A DNA stretch of 64,000 nt from Verrucomicrobiota bacterium (GCA_038214755.1 JBBQRQ010000004.1:1-64000); one strand, 5' to 3'; numbered from the stretch's first letter, positions 1-9,229 are shown. The notes: generated from the sequence alone by a model not told the origin. Numbers and translations are program-made.

Positions 1-188
1 AGTTCGCCGTTGATTCCCGAATTTAGGCCCGTGAGATCGAGTGCGTAGATGGCGTTCGGTCCTCCAGCTCGGGCATGATTGAATCGAATGGAAAGACAGT
101 AGATTCGCGCATTGGCGGTTTGCGCCGCCTGAATGGAATCGCGTGAAAAAGTCAGCAACAGCAGGACGATGACAGAGAAAGTTTTCAT
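1..188 (-). CDS. Secreted hypothetical protein, N-terminal part (runs off window edge)
   Basis: Manual translation from ATG at 188: MKTFSVIVLLLLTFSRDSIQAAQTANARIYCLSIRF..., a signal-peptide-like start, open to position 1. Confidence 0.6.
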   Translation of the reverse strand, partial: MKTFSVIVLLLLTFSRDSIQAAQTANARIYCLSIRFNHARAGGPNAIYALDLTGLNSGINGE

Positions 189-268
189 AATAATTTTTCC
201 CGGTGGTTTTTTTGGATTGTTGCCACGTCTATAGCCTTCTCGATTGATGCAGGCAAGATTCTCCTTGG

Positions 269-415
269 TCAAATTTGAAACACGACAATTTCTGGGCGGC
301 AGCGAAATCGGATATTGAAAAGAAACCAGCCGATGCGCGAACTGACATAGAGCGGGCCGACCGGCGTTTTAAAAAGTCCCAGTTCATATTTGCCCGTGCC
401 AAACGGTAATATCAT
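269..415 (-). pseudogene. Remnant resembling the C-terminus of a YkuE-like metallophosphoesterase
   Basis: Manual translation MILPFGTGKYELGLFKTPVGPLYVSSRIGWFLFNIRFRCRPEIVVFQI* resembles the family's LYVSRGIG...RFNCxPEI tail; an in-frame stop lies shortly upstream. Confidence 0.5.
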
Positions 416-621
416 CGCGCTCGTCTTGTGCGATTTTTCAAAGAACGGTTGAGGGTCACCGTTTCACCTGTTACAAAAATGTTGCGCCCCGACGCGGATT
501 GCGAAACCCACAGCAGGTTGAAGACTGGCTCATTGAACTTGGAAAACAAATTGTTCAACCGGGAAAAATGATGCGGGTCAACAAGTTCAACTCAATCAAA
601 TCATAAATGCGGCGGTCACAG

Positions 622-1950
622 CTACAACGTTTTATACATTTTCAACTTCCATGGCTTGCGATATTCGCGCTGGTAGGAAATGCAATGCTTCATGTCGCCG
701 TGATTTTCCACGTCTTGTTTCTGTTGGTCCCAACGCAGAGTTTTGCCCGTCTCAAACGCAATGTTCCCCAGATGACATAGCATCGTCGTCTTCGCCATCG
801 ATTCGATCCCCGAACGGGGCGTCTGCCGGCTCTTCACGCAATCCAAAAAATTCTGCCAATGCGTGCTTTCCTGCCGATCCAATTTTGGCGGAAGTTCGTT
901 ATCTTTTTTCTCCGGAAAGTATTTGTAGCCGGTGCGATCAACAATCAACGTTCCGTTGGTCCCAATAAATTCCGTGCCGTGTCCTTCTCCGCCATCAAGG
1001 CCTCGACCATTGTTGAACCGATGCTCCCACGTCACCAATAATTTCGGAAATTGGTAAGAAGCCAGCAAGGTGTCGGGTGTATCGCGATCATCATCCGTCG
1101 CAAAAATTCCGCCCGCTGCTGAAACGGAAATCGGATCGGTTTGCTGTGTGGCGAGGAACGCGATGTCGAGCATGTGAACTCCCCAATCCGTCATCAAACC
1201 GCCGCCGTATTCATAAAACCAACGCCAGTGAAAATGGCATCGGTTTGGCTGGTAGGGGCGTTTGGGCGCGGGGCCAAGCCACATGTCCCAATCCAGTTCC
1301 GGCGGTGGCGTTTGCGGATTTTGTTTTCCGATGTTGCTGATGTTGCTGCCCATCGGATTCACATTCCACGCGCGGCACACACTGACATTGCCCAACTTTC
1401 CGGACCGCACGAAGTCAATCGCATCTTGAAAATGTTTCATGCTGCGTTGCCACGTGCCCACTTGCACCACGCGCTGGAAATGTTTCGCTGCGTTCACCAT
1501 CGCTTTGGCTTCGACGAAGCTGTGCGAAATCGGTTTCTCGCAATAAATATCTTTGCCCGCTTCGCACGCCGCGATGAACGGAATCGCGTGCCAGTGGTCG
1601 GGTGTGCCGATGATGACCGCGTCAATTTCCTTTTCGTCCAGCAAGCGGCGAAAATCTTTAAACTCTTTTGGCACGGGTCGCCCGGCTTTGGTCACGTCTT
1701 CGACCGCAGCGTCGGTGTGTTTTTCATCGACGTCACAAACCGCGGCGATCTCGACGCCATCTAATTTCATGAATCGACGAAGGTTGTCGCGCCCCATTCC
1801 GCCGCAGCCGATGAGACCTAAAACAATTTTGTCATTGGCCCCTTTGCTTTGCGCAAACGCGCGCGGCGCGAGGGCCAAACCCAGACCGATGCCGGCGACG
1901 GTGGCGCTGGTCGTATTGAGAAATTGGCGGCGCGTTTGATTTGAGTTCAT
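622..1950 (-). CDS. Gfo/Idh/MocA family oxidoreductase, Tat-exported
   Basis: TRRQFL Tat motif, GLIGCGGMG Rossmann motif, TPDHWH, YCEKP, DWGVHMLD. Confidence 0.92.
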   Translation of the reverse strand: MNSNQTRRQFLNTTSATVAGIGLGLALAPRAFAQSKGANDKIVLGLIGCGGMGRDNLRRFMKLDGVEIAAVCDVDEKHTDAAVEDVTKAGRPVPKEFKDFRRLLDEKEIDAVIIGTPDHWHAIPFIAACEAGKDIYCEKPISHSFVEAKAMVNAAKHFQRVVQVGTWQRSMKHFQDAIDFVRSGKLGNVSVCRAWNVNPMGSNISNIGKQNPQTPPPELDWDMWLGPAPKRPYQPNRCHFHWRWFYEYGGGLMTDWGVHMLDIAFLATQQTDPISVSAAGGIFATDDDRDTPDTLLASYQFPKLLVTWEHRFNNGRGLDGGEGHGTEFIGTNGTLIVDRTGYKYFPEKKDNELPPKLDRQESTHWQNFLDCVKSRQTPRSGIESMAKTTMLCHLGNIAFETGKTLRWDQQKQDVENHGDMKHCISYQREYRKPWKLKMYKTL

Positions 1951-2084
1951 AGGCAGTTGGATTGTTAGTGGATTGATTCCAAAAATTCAGAGATGCGGCA
2001 AATCCTTTTTCCAAACGTAGCCCCCGACCTGAGGAAGTAGATTCTGCTTCCAGCGCAAAATATTCGAGCACTGGGAAAAAACGC

Positions 2085-2179
2085 AAACCACAGATACACG
2101 AAGATAAACGCAGATCAAGAATAGAGGGCAAACCTCGACTGAATTCTGCATCTGCGTCTATCTGCGGTCATCTGTGGTT
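2085..2179. repeat. Inverted array of ~10-nt units (AACCACAGAT...ATCTGTGGTT)
   Basis: CAGAT/AAGAT units on the left arm, ATCTGCG/ATCTGTG units on the right arm. Confidence 0.7.
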
Positions 2180-2259
2180 CTCCTTTCCTTGCCTGCAAAG
2201 TTATGACTCCCCGCGTCAAAGGTCTTTACACGGAAAGCGGCTCACCCGAAGAATAAGTT

Positions 2260-5200
2260 GTGCCAGAAAAATATTCACAACTCGTTCGCGCGATTATCGC
2301 CGGCTGGTGTTTATTTTTTGGCGGTTACTTCATCAACGCAGCCACTAATACGGTGCGATACGGTGTTGATGTTTGGGAAACGAAGGAGGGAAACAAAGAT
2401 ACGGTGCGATACGGTGTTGATGTTTGGGAAACGAAGGAGGGAAACAAAGAAGGACTTCCCCAAAAATCGGTCATCACCATGGTTCAGACGCGCGACGGCT
2501 ATCTTTGGTTGGGGACGCTTAACGGTCTGGTGCGTTTTGATGGAAGCCGATTCACGGTGTTCGATGAAAGCAACACTCCTAAGTTGAATAGCAGCCGCAT
2601 TGTCAAACTCTTTGAGGATAGCAAAACGAACCTTTGGATAGGCACTGAAACGGCAGGGGCTGCGGTGGTCAAGGAGGGGAAGGTTATACCACTTGCGTTC
2701 GGACAAGGCCGTCGCGAGGGGATGTTGATGTCCGTTTGCGAGGACGCTCTCGGCGCGGTGTGGCTTTATACCAAGGATGGTGAACTCGGTCGTTATCTAG
2801 ATGGTAAAATGGATGTGTGGAGCTTTCCGGCGCATAGGTTTAACCGGTGTCGGGCCCTCATAGCAGAGAAGTCGGGACTGGTATGGGTTGGACAAGACCA
2901 GTCCCTATTTGCGCTTAACCCTAAAGCAGTACGCAGCACGGTCTCCTTGGTGGAGGAGCAAGTGGTTCCGGTAGCCAAACTTGATCTTCTACTTGCCAGC
3001 AAAACAGGCGGGCACTGGCGTCTGGTAGATGGTTCGGTGCAGAAGTGGGTCGATCACCGCCTGTCCAGTAAATGGAGTTATCCCTGGCCCAATGGAACCT
3101 TCGTCAATGCCGCCTGCGAAGATGAAGAAGGAAACCTGGTGGTAGGGACTTCCGGCCAAGGTCTCTTCTGGTTCGACGCTGAGGGCAAGGCAACCCACAT
3201 CACAAAAAATGAAGGGCTATCTTCTTATAACTCAATCCTCTCCCTGCACGCCGATAACGAAGGTAGTCTTTGGGTAGGACTTGATGGAGGCGGGTTAAAT
3301 CGCTTGAAGCGCCAGGTTTTCAAACCATTAGAAATATCGCGTGGGTTAACAGTGCAATCCGTGCTGGAAGATAAAGAAGGTGGGTTATGGTTTAGTTCCA
3401 ACGACCAAGGTATCGATCACTGGAAGGATGGCGCCCTTAAACACATGGGCTTCTCCGTGGGACCAATCAACCTATACGTGCGTTCTTTATTACTGGATAG
3501 CAAAGACATGCTATGGGCAGGAAGTGTGGTGGGAGGTTTGTTAAGGTTGGTAGGGGATACCTTTCAACCTGCGCCTGGAGCGGAGAGGTTGAACCGAGAG
3601 GTCTCGGCGCTTCATCAGGACCGCCGTGGCGTCTTATGGATTGGAACTCAAGGGGGTTTGGCGCGCTGGGACGAACACGAGTGGAAACTTTACACGACAA
3701 ACGATGGCCTCTCCGTGAATATTGTTCGCGCCATTGCGGATGATGCGGAAGGTAACCTATGGATCGGCACCGAGGGTGGCGGGTTAAATAGATTGCGAGA
3801 TGGAAAGTTTGGCTCCTGGCAACAGAAGGATGGATTTCCCAGTGACAATATTTCTTCGCTCTACCTGGATGGCGACGGTGTGTTGTGGGTAGGAACTTTT
3901 GGCAGCGGGCTGGTTCGTTTTCGGGATGGCAAGTGGACTCATTACACCACTCGCGAAGGACTCATCAGCAATGGCATCGACTACCTCATTGAAGATGACC
4001 AGGGGTGTCTGTGGATAGGTTCCAACACGGGCGTAATGAGAGTGCGAAAAAAGGAGCTAAATGATTTTGCTCGCGGAGCCAGGAGCTTCGTCCCATGCCG
4101 TGGCTTCGGAGAACGCGATGGATTGCCCGCCAGTGAATGCACCTTGGGTTCGCAGCCAGCCGCCTGCCACGCCAAAGATGGAAGCCTGTGGTTTCCTACC
4201 ATAGCAGGTCTGGCATCGGTGGATCCTACTCAGTTTCGCTCCAATACGAATCCGCCGCCGGTTTTGATTGAATCCGTCTTGATCGAAGGACAGGAGCAAA
4301 ATGCCGGTGGGCTGAACGGGAAGTTTCCACAGAGCGTGACCGTCCCTGCCGGCAAGGAACATTTGGACATTCAATATACCAGCCTCCACTTTTCCTCTCC
4401 TACCAGCCCGCGGTTCAAGTATAGGTTGGAAGGTCACGAAGCAAACTGGATCGAGGTAGGTGACAGGCGCGTGGCGAGCTATCCCAAGTTACCACCGGGC
4501 CATTACCATTTTCAGGTAACTGCCTGTAACGAGGATGGTGTCTGGAACGAGATGGGAAGTAGCATTGGTGTAATTGTCCTGCCCCCATTTTGGCGAACAT
4601 GGTGGTTCCTTACCTTAACTACTTTGCTACTCCTGGGAATGGTTGTAGCCATTGTCCACTTTATCTCTACTCAAAAATTGCAACGTCAACTGGAAGGACT
4701 CCGCCAACAACAGGCCCTGGAGAAGGAGCGCGCGCGAATCGCTCGAGACATCCATGATCAAGTCGGCGCAAGTCTGACTCAGGTATCGCTGCTTGGTGAA
4801 ATGGTGGAGAGCGATAAGGACTTACCCGAAGAAGTGGAAGCCCATGCGCGGCAGATTACTCAAGCCGCTCGCGAAACTTCCCACGCTCTCGACGAAATCG
4901 TTTGGACAGTCAACCCATCCAACGACACGCTGGATGGATTGATCAATTATGTTTGCAAACATGCCCAGGAATATCTGAGCGTGGCGGGCTTGCGTTATCG
5001 TTTGGAGATTCCCGCGCAACTACCGCGCAAGACGATTTCGCCGGAAGCGCGCCACAACACGTTTCTGGCAGCGAAGGAAGCGGTGACCAACATCGTAAAA
5101 CATGCTCGCGCCTCCGAGGTTTGGATACGACTGAACGTCGAACCCAATCGGTTCACCTTGCACATCGAAGATAACGGCCAGGGGCCGGTTGGCATAAATG

Positions 5201-5337
5201 AAAAGGCCGCCCAGTCCAGAAATGGGTTGTCGAACATGCGCAAACGGATGGAAGATATCGGCGGGAGATTTTTCATCGGCGCGCGGCCGGAAGGAGGCAC
5301 CCTCGTCTCATTCACCGTCCCACTTGGAAAGAATTGA
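2260..5337 (+). CDS. Sensor histidine kinase with two-component regulator propeller repeats, Y_Y_Y domain, TM, HisKA_3 and HATPase
   Basis: Repeated D..G.LWIGT..GL motifs, YRLEG/Y..LPPG.Y.F.V.A, RIARDIHD H-box, KEAVTNIVKHA, DNGQG, NGLSNM. Confidence 0.93.
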   Translation: MPEKYSQLVRAIIAGWCLFFGGYFINAATNTVRYGVDVWETKEGNKDTVRYGVDVWETKEGNKEGLPQKSVITMVQTRDGYLWLGTLNGLVRFDGSRFTVFDESNTPKLNSSRIVKLFEDSKTNLWIGTETAGAAVVKEGKVIPLAFGQGRREGMLMSVCEDALGAVWLYTKDGELGRYLDGKMDVWSFPAHRFNRCRALIAEKSGLVWVGQDQSLFALNPKAVRSTVSLVEEQVVPVAKLDLLLASKTGGHWRLVDGSVQKWVDHRLSSKWSYPWPNGTFVNAACEDEEGNLVVGTSGQGLFWFDAEGKATHITKNEGLSSYNSILSLHADNEGSLWVGLDGGGLNRLKRQVFKPLEISRGLTVQSVLEDKEGGLWFSSNDQGIDHWKDGALKHMGFSVGPINLYVRSLLLDSKDMLWAGSVVGGLLRLVGDTFQPAPGAERLNREVSALHQDRRGVLWIGTQGGLARWDEHEWKLYTTNDGLSVNIVRAIADDAEGNLWIGTEGGGLNRLRDGKFGSWQQKDGFPSDNISSLYLDGDGVLWVGTFGSGLVRFRDGKWTHYTTREGLISNGIDYLIEDDQGCLWIGSNTGVMRVRKKELNDFARGARSFVPCRGFGERDGLPASECTLGSQPAACHAKDGSLWFPTIAGLASVDPTQFRSNTNPPPVLIESVLIEGQEQNAGGLNGKFPQSVTVPAGKEHLDIQYTSLHFSSPTSPRFKYRLEGHEANWIEVGDRRVASYPKLPPGHYHFQVTACNEDGVWNEMGSSIGVIVLPPFWRTWWFLTLTTLLLLGMVVAIVHFISTQKLQRQLEGLRQQQALEKERARIARDIHDQVGASLTQVSLLGEMVESDKDLPEEVEAHARQITQAARETSHALDEIVWTVNPSNDTLDGLINYVCKHAQEYLSVAGLRYRLEIPAQLPRKTISPEARHNTFLAAKEAVTNIVKHARASEVWIRLNVEPNRFTLHIEDNGQGPVGINEKAAQSRNGLSNMRKRMEDIGGRFFIGARPEGGTLVSFTVPLGKN
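2348..2450 (+). repeat. Perfect 51-bp tandem duplication (17 codons) in the kinase N-terminus
   Basis: ATACGGTGCG...GGAAACAAAG at 2348 and again at 2399; protein TVRYGVDVWETKEGNK twice. Confidence 0.95.
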
Positions 5338-5344
5338 ACCCCTT

Positions 5345-5971
5345 ATGGCCATCACTGTTTCAATCGTGGAAGATAACGACCAATTGCGCGGGACGCTTTG
5401 CCGCCTGATTGATCGTAGCGAAGAATTTCGTTGCCTGAGCCAATTCGCCAATGCCGAGACCGCGCTGGAAACTCTGCCAAAGGAACGGCCAAAGGTCGTG
5501 CTGATGGACATCAATCTTCCGGGAATGAATGGAGTCGAATGCGTCCGCAAATTGAAGCAGGTCGCTCCTGAAATTCTCGTGGTGATGCTCACGGCTTACG
5601 AAGACACCGAAAATATTTTTAACGCGTTGGCCGCGGGCGCCACGGGTTACCTTTTAAAACGCGCGCCGAAAGCAGAGTTACTCGACGCAATTCGCGAAGT
5701 CAGTCGAGGTGGTTCGCCGATGACCACCCACATCGCCCGCAAAGTGGTGCAGTCCTTTCAAAAGGCGCTCCCGGCCTCGCAGCCGACCGAGAACTTATCG
5801 GCGCGCGAGCAGGAAGTGCTGGATTGTTTGAGCCACGGATTTCTCTATAAAGAAATCGCCGACAAATTGGGTATCAGCTACGAAACGGTCCACACCTATA
5901 TCCGTCGCATTTACGAAAAGCTCCAAGTGCGGACGCGGACGGAGGCTGTGGCAAAGTTTCTTCGACGCTGA
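5345..5971 (+). CDS. NarL/FixJ (LuxR-HTH) response regulator
   Basis: IVEDN, LMDINLPG, GYLLK, LSAREQEVL...YKEIADKLGISYETV; ATG 7 bp after the kinase stop. Confidence 0.94.
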   Translation: MAITVSIVEDNDQLRGTLCRLIDRSEEFRCLSQFANAETALETLPKERPKVVLMDINLPGMNGVECVRKLKQVAPEILVVMLTAYEDTENIFNALAAGATGYLLKRAPKAELLDAIREVSRGGSPMTTHIARKVVQSFQKALPASQPTENLSAREQEVLDCLSHGFLYKEIADKLGISYETVHTYIRRIYEKLQVRTRTEAVAKFLRR

Positions 5972-6000
5972 ATTTGTGAAGGTTTTCCACTGGGGACGCT

Positions 6001-6046
6001 GTCACCAGTTCTGGTGACTATTCGGTTGACCGCGAAATGATATGGT
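6001..6046 (+). promoter_or_regulatory. Palindromic operator GTCACCAG-TT-CTGGTGAC plus extended -10 (TGaTATGGT)
   Basis: Perfect 8-2-8 inverted repeat at 6001-6018; TGnTATGGT at 6038-6046. Confidence 0.5.
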
Positions 6047-6052
6047 TACGGC

Positions 6053-6185
6053 GTTGGCGGTGCACAAATGCAGTTTCCGTGTGTATCGAATGGCGTATGT
6101 CTGCGGCGCCGCACCCGTTAACCAAAGTTTCAAACTTTGTTCTCATAGCAGGCAGGCCGGGCGAAAGCCCGGCTGTTCTGTTTTT
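6053..6185 (+). ncRNA. Candidate ~130-nt small RNA, three hairpins, ending in an intrinsic terminator
   Basis: Stem 6053-6063/6111-6122, hairpin 6123-6139, GCCGGGC-GAAA-GCCCGGC followed by a T-rich tail; no credible ORF. Confidence 0.4.
6150..6185 (+). terminator. Rho-independent terminator
   Basis: GCCGGGC GAAA GCCCGGC (6156-6173) followed by TGTTCTGTTTTT. Confidence 0.7.
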
Positions 6186-6301
6186 AATAGGCAAATCAGA
6201 CTCTTCAATTTTTCGACGGGAATAAATGTCCTTCGATTGGTCATGCGTTTTCGCGCCATTTTCTGATTCGACATTTTTCCATATCGTCCTATCGTCCGTT
6301 T

Positions 6302-6538
6302 ATGCCAGCTCCACTTGATGCTCTTTCTCACGATGCTCTCGTGCTGCCGCCTGATCAACGCATTGCGCTCGCCTATCGCCTTCTCGTTAGCGTCGAGCCG
6401 GAACCCGAGCCGGGCGCAGAGGCCGCTTGGGATGCGGAGATTGTGCAACGTATCGCCCGCTTCGATGCAGGAAAGTCCAAGCCGGTGCCGTCGGCAGAGG
6501 TTTTCGCACGTTTGCGGCAGATTGCTCCCGGCCAATGA
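6302..6538 (+). CDS. Putative addiction-module antitoxin (TIGR02574-like)
   Basis: ALVLPPDQRIALAYRLL...AAWDAEIVQRI...FDAG pattern; ATGA overlap with the toxin. Confidence 0.85.
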   Translation: MPAPLDALSHDALVLPPDQRIALAYRLLVSVEPEPEPGAEAAWDAEIVQRIARFDAGKSKPVPSAEVFARLRQIAPGQ

Positions 6539-6834
6539 TCTCGGTTTTGGAATTTCTGCCAGAGGCGACCTGTGAAGTCGAGGAGGCGACAAGATATTAC
6601 GAGGACCGTGTAGTCGGTTTAGGTGTTCGCTTCCGTTCTGAGGTCGAGAGCGTGTGTGCGACCGTTCTCCGACAGCCACTTCTTTGGAGCGAGCGGCCTG
6701 GCGGTTACCGTCGCGTCAATCTTCCGGGCTTCCCTTTTTACGTCGCGTATTTTATCCGGGGCGAGCGCATCCTGGTCGCAGCCGTCGGACACGCGAGCCG
6801 ACATCCTGACTACTGGAAGCCGCGTGAATCCTGA
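6535..6834 (+). CDS. RelE/ParE family toxin
   Basis: F.PEA..E..EA..YY......LG.RF, RRVNL..FPFYVAY, I.V.AVGH.SR.P.YW. Confidence 0.88.
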   Translation: MISVLEFLPEATCEVEEATRYYEDRVVGLGVRFRSEVESVCATVLRQPLLWSERPGGYRRVNLPGFPFYVAYFIRGERILVAAVGHASRHPDYWKPRES

Positions 6835-6956
6835 AGCCAACCGAACGCCGGATGATGTTCGCGCTTTTGCGCATCCCGCGAAATTCGCAGTTGAGAAAAT
6901 CTGGCTTTTTCGTTTTTTGATAGGCAAATCTTCAATGGGAATCTAAGATCAGCGGC

Positions 6957-7418
6957 GTGAACCCCGGATCTGGCTCAGCCAAAAAACGAAAATGGCAAAA
7001 GCGAGTTCTGATTACAATTAGCGCCTTCGTTGTCGCCTTCATTGGCTTATGCGTGTTCTTCCGAGTTTCCAAACCACGCGACTTGCGGGCATACCGAGAA
7101 ATGGCCAGCAGCTTTCATCCGATATGGAAGCAGTTCGCATTTCGATATTTTAGTGCTGGCGATTCGGCGAAACACCTTTTCCAGCGCTTTTCGCCCAACA
7201 GAAAAGAAGAGTTCGGAAGATATGGCGTTTACGACTTCTATCCCGGCGATCCGAATGAAATTGTCCTCTCGTTTGTAGGATTAACTGTCACGACCAAAGA
7301 CGGCACACTTTCAAGCGCAAAAGCATGGAGTTGCACTTGGCAGTTCACGTTTTTTGAGACGTCAGATCCGGAATTCGACAAAGAGTATGCCGCGTTTGCG
7401 AAACAAAGACTTGAGTAA
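6957..7418 (+). CDS. Hypothetical membrane-anchored protein
   Basis: 153-aa ORF with a basic N-terminus and one hydrophobic helix. Confidence 0.6.
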   Translation: MNPGSGSAKKRKWQKRVLITISAFVVAFIGLCVFFRVSKPRDLRAYREMASSFHPIWKQFAFRYFSAGDSAKHLFQRFSPNRKEEFGRYGVYDFYPGDPNEIVLSFVGLTVTTKDGTLSSAKAWSCTWQFTFFETSDPEFDKEYAAFAKQRLE

Positions 7419-7445
7419 GCAAAGTGAAAAGTAGTCGAACCCCGC

Positions 7446-7482
7446 AAAAAAAATGAGCGGACTGTTTCCCGCCCGCCCATTC
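7446..7482 (-). terminator. rpsA terminator
   Basis: On the minus strand, AATGGGCGGGC...GTCCGCTCATT hairpin followed by a T run. Confidence 0.7.
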
Positions 7483-7514
7483 TGATTTCTGAATACTGTC
7501 TCCTGAATCCGCGA

Positions 7515-9188
7515 CTACTCCTTGTCGTCCTTGACCACTTCGTCCGCCGCATCAAAGGCGTGTTGCAGGGCAACGAGATCTTCGCCGGGCTTGAGTGAGT
7601 CGAGCATCTTCTGTTCTTCCTTGAGTTGTTCATCGGAGTAACTTGCGGCTTTGATCGACAGACCAATACGGCGGTCGGCGCGGTCAATTTTAATCACGCG
7701 CGCCGTAACTTCCTGATCGACCTTGAGCACGTTTTTAATTTTATCCACGTGGTCTTCGGTGACTTGCGAAATGTGAACGAGTCCATCAATGTCATGTTGC
7801 AAACCCACGAACGCGCCGAAGCTGGCGAGCTTCGTGACTTTGCCGGTGACGAGGTCGCCGACTTTATAATACTTGTCGATGTTGTCCCACGGATCAGTGG
7901 TGAGTTGTTTTACTCCACAGGCAATCCGCTGGTTCGCCTTGTCGATTTCCAGAACTACCGCTTCGGCGTCGTCGCCTTTTTTGAAGACCTCGGATGGATG
8001 ATTTATTTTGCGCGTCCAGGAAATGTCCGAGACGTGAATCATACCGTCCAAGCCTTCTTCGAGTTCGATGAATGCGCCGTAGCTGGTGAGGTTGCGGATC
8101 TTGCCCTTGACCTTCGTGCCGGGAGGATATTTCTCCATGGCTTTGTCCCACGGGTTGGCTTCAAGTTGGCGCAAGCCGAGAGAAATTTTCTGCTCGTCGC
8201 GATTGATGCCGAGAACCACTGCTTCAATCTCCTGGTTCTGACTCAAAATGTCAGAAGGTTTGGCGATGCGTTTGGTCCACGACAATTCGGTGACGTGAAT
8301 CAGACCTTCAACGCCAGGTTCAAGTTCCACAAACGCGCCGTAGGGAACGAGGTTGACCACTTTGCCTTTGACCTTCGTGCCGACGGTGTATTTGGATTCA
8401 ATTTTTTCCCAAGGATTGGTGAGCTTCTGTTTGAGTCCAAGGCTGACACGGCCTTTTTCCTTGTTGATGTCGAGCACCACCACGTCGATGTCCTGACCGA
8501 CTTTCAAAATTTCCGACGGATGACCAATGCGACCCCAACTCATGTCCGTGATGTGAAGCAGACCATCCAGTCCATTCAAATCAATGAACGCGCCGAAGTC
8601 CGTGATGTTCTTCACCGTGCCCTTGCGGATGTCGCCGGGCGTCATGTCGGTCAAAAGCTTATTCCGCTTCTCGTCACGCTCGGCTTCGATCAATTCGCGG
8701 CGCGAAAGAACAATGTTTTGACGTTCCTGATTTATTTTGACGACTTTGAAATCGTAAGTGTTGCCGATGAACTGCGCCAAATTTTTCGGCGGAATGATGT
8801 CGATTTGCGACGCCGGCAAAAATGCTTCCACGCCGATGTTGACGATGAGACCGCCTTTGACCGCGGCTTTGACTTTGCCTTTGATGGTCGCGCCTTCGTT
8901 GGCGATGCTGAGGATGTTGTCCCAGTTCTGTTTGAACTCCGCTTTCTCCTTGGAGAGGACGACCATGCCGTCTTTGTCTTCCAATTTTTCGATGAGGACA
9001 TCGATAACGTCACCGACTTTGATAACTTTGATATCAGCGAATTCATTTCCGCCGACGACTCCTTCTGATTTGTAACCGATGTCGATGAGAACTTCTTTTG
9101 GACGAACTTCGATGACGGTTCCCTTGACGATTTCGCCAGCGGCAAAGCGCATCGGCGCTTGCTTCATGGCTTCTTCCATTGTGAGCAT
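7515..9188 (-). CDS. rpsA: 30S ribosomal protein S1
   Basis: Six S1 domains (DIGYKSEG, FGAFIDL.G.DGLLHITD, YGAFVEL..GVEGLIHV); start placed at MLTMEEAM. Confidence 0.96.
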   Translation of the reverse strand: MLTMEEAMKQAPMRFAAGEIVKGTVIEVRPKEVLIDIGYKSEGVVGGNEFADIKVIKVGDVIDVLIEKLEDKDGMVVLSKEKAEFKQNWDNILSIANEGATIKGKVKAAVKGGLIVNIGVEAFLPASQIDIIPPKNLAQFIGNTYDFKVVKINQERQNIVLSRRELIEAERDEKRNKLLTDMTPGDIRKGTVKNITDFGAFIDLNGLDGLLHITDMSWGRIGHPSEILKVGQDIDVVVLDINKEKGRVSLGLKQKLTNPWEKIESKYTVGTKVKGKVVNLVPYGAFVELEPGVEGLIHVTELSWTKRIAKPSDILSQNQEIEAVVLGINRDEQKISLGLRQLEANPWDKAMEKYPPGTKVKGKIRNLTSYGAFIELEEGLDGMIHVSDISWTRKINHPSEVFKKGDDAEAVVLEIDKANQRIACGVKQLTTDPWDNIDKYYKVGDLVTGKVTKLASFGAFVGLQHDIDGLVHISQVTEDHVDKIKNVLKVDQEVTARVIKIDRADRRIGLSIKAASYSDEQLKEEQKMLDSLKPGEDLVALQHAFDAADEVVKDDKE

Positions 9189-9199
9189 AATAATATGAC

Positions 9200-9229
9200 T
9201 GTAGCGGCGCGTCTGTGACCGCCGCATTT
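9200..9229. repeat. REP-like palindrome TGTAGCGGCGCGTCTGTGACCGCCGCATTT (truncated copy at 606-626)
   Basis: GTAG-initiated hairpin; AAATGCGGCGGTCACAG is shared with 606-622. Confidence 0.65.

Noticed and set aside
340..400. GGGCAAA...GGGAC on the minus strand resembling a c-di-GMP-I riboswitch
   Set aside because: No GAAA-capped stem or GCAAA motif at the right spacing; better explained as a coding remnant
6834..6900. Possible integron attC after the toxin gene
   Set aside because: No convincing RYYYAAC...GTTRRRY pair with L boxes; no integrase in the window
7626..9068. 480-aa plus-strand ORF
   Set aside because: Antisense shadow of rpsA; the same applies to other long antisense ORFs (e.g. 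17049-18167)
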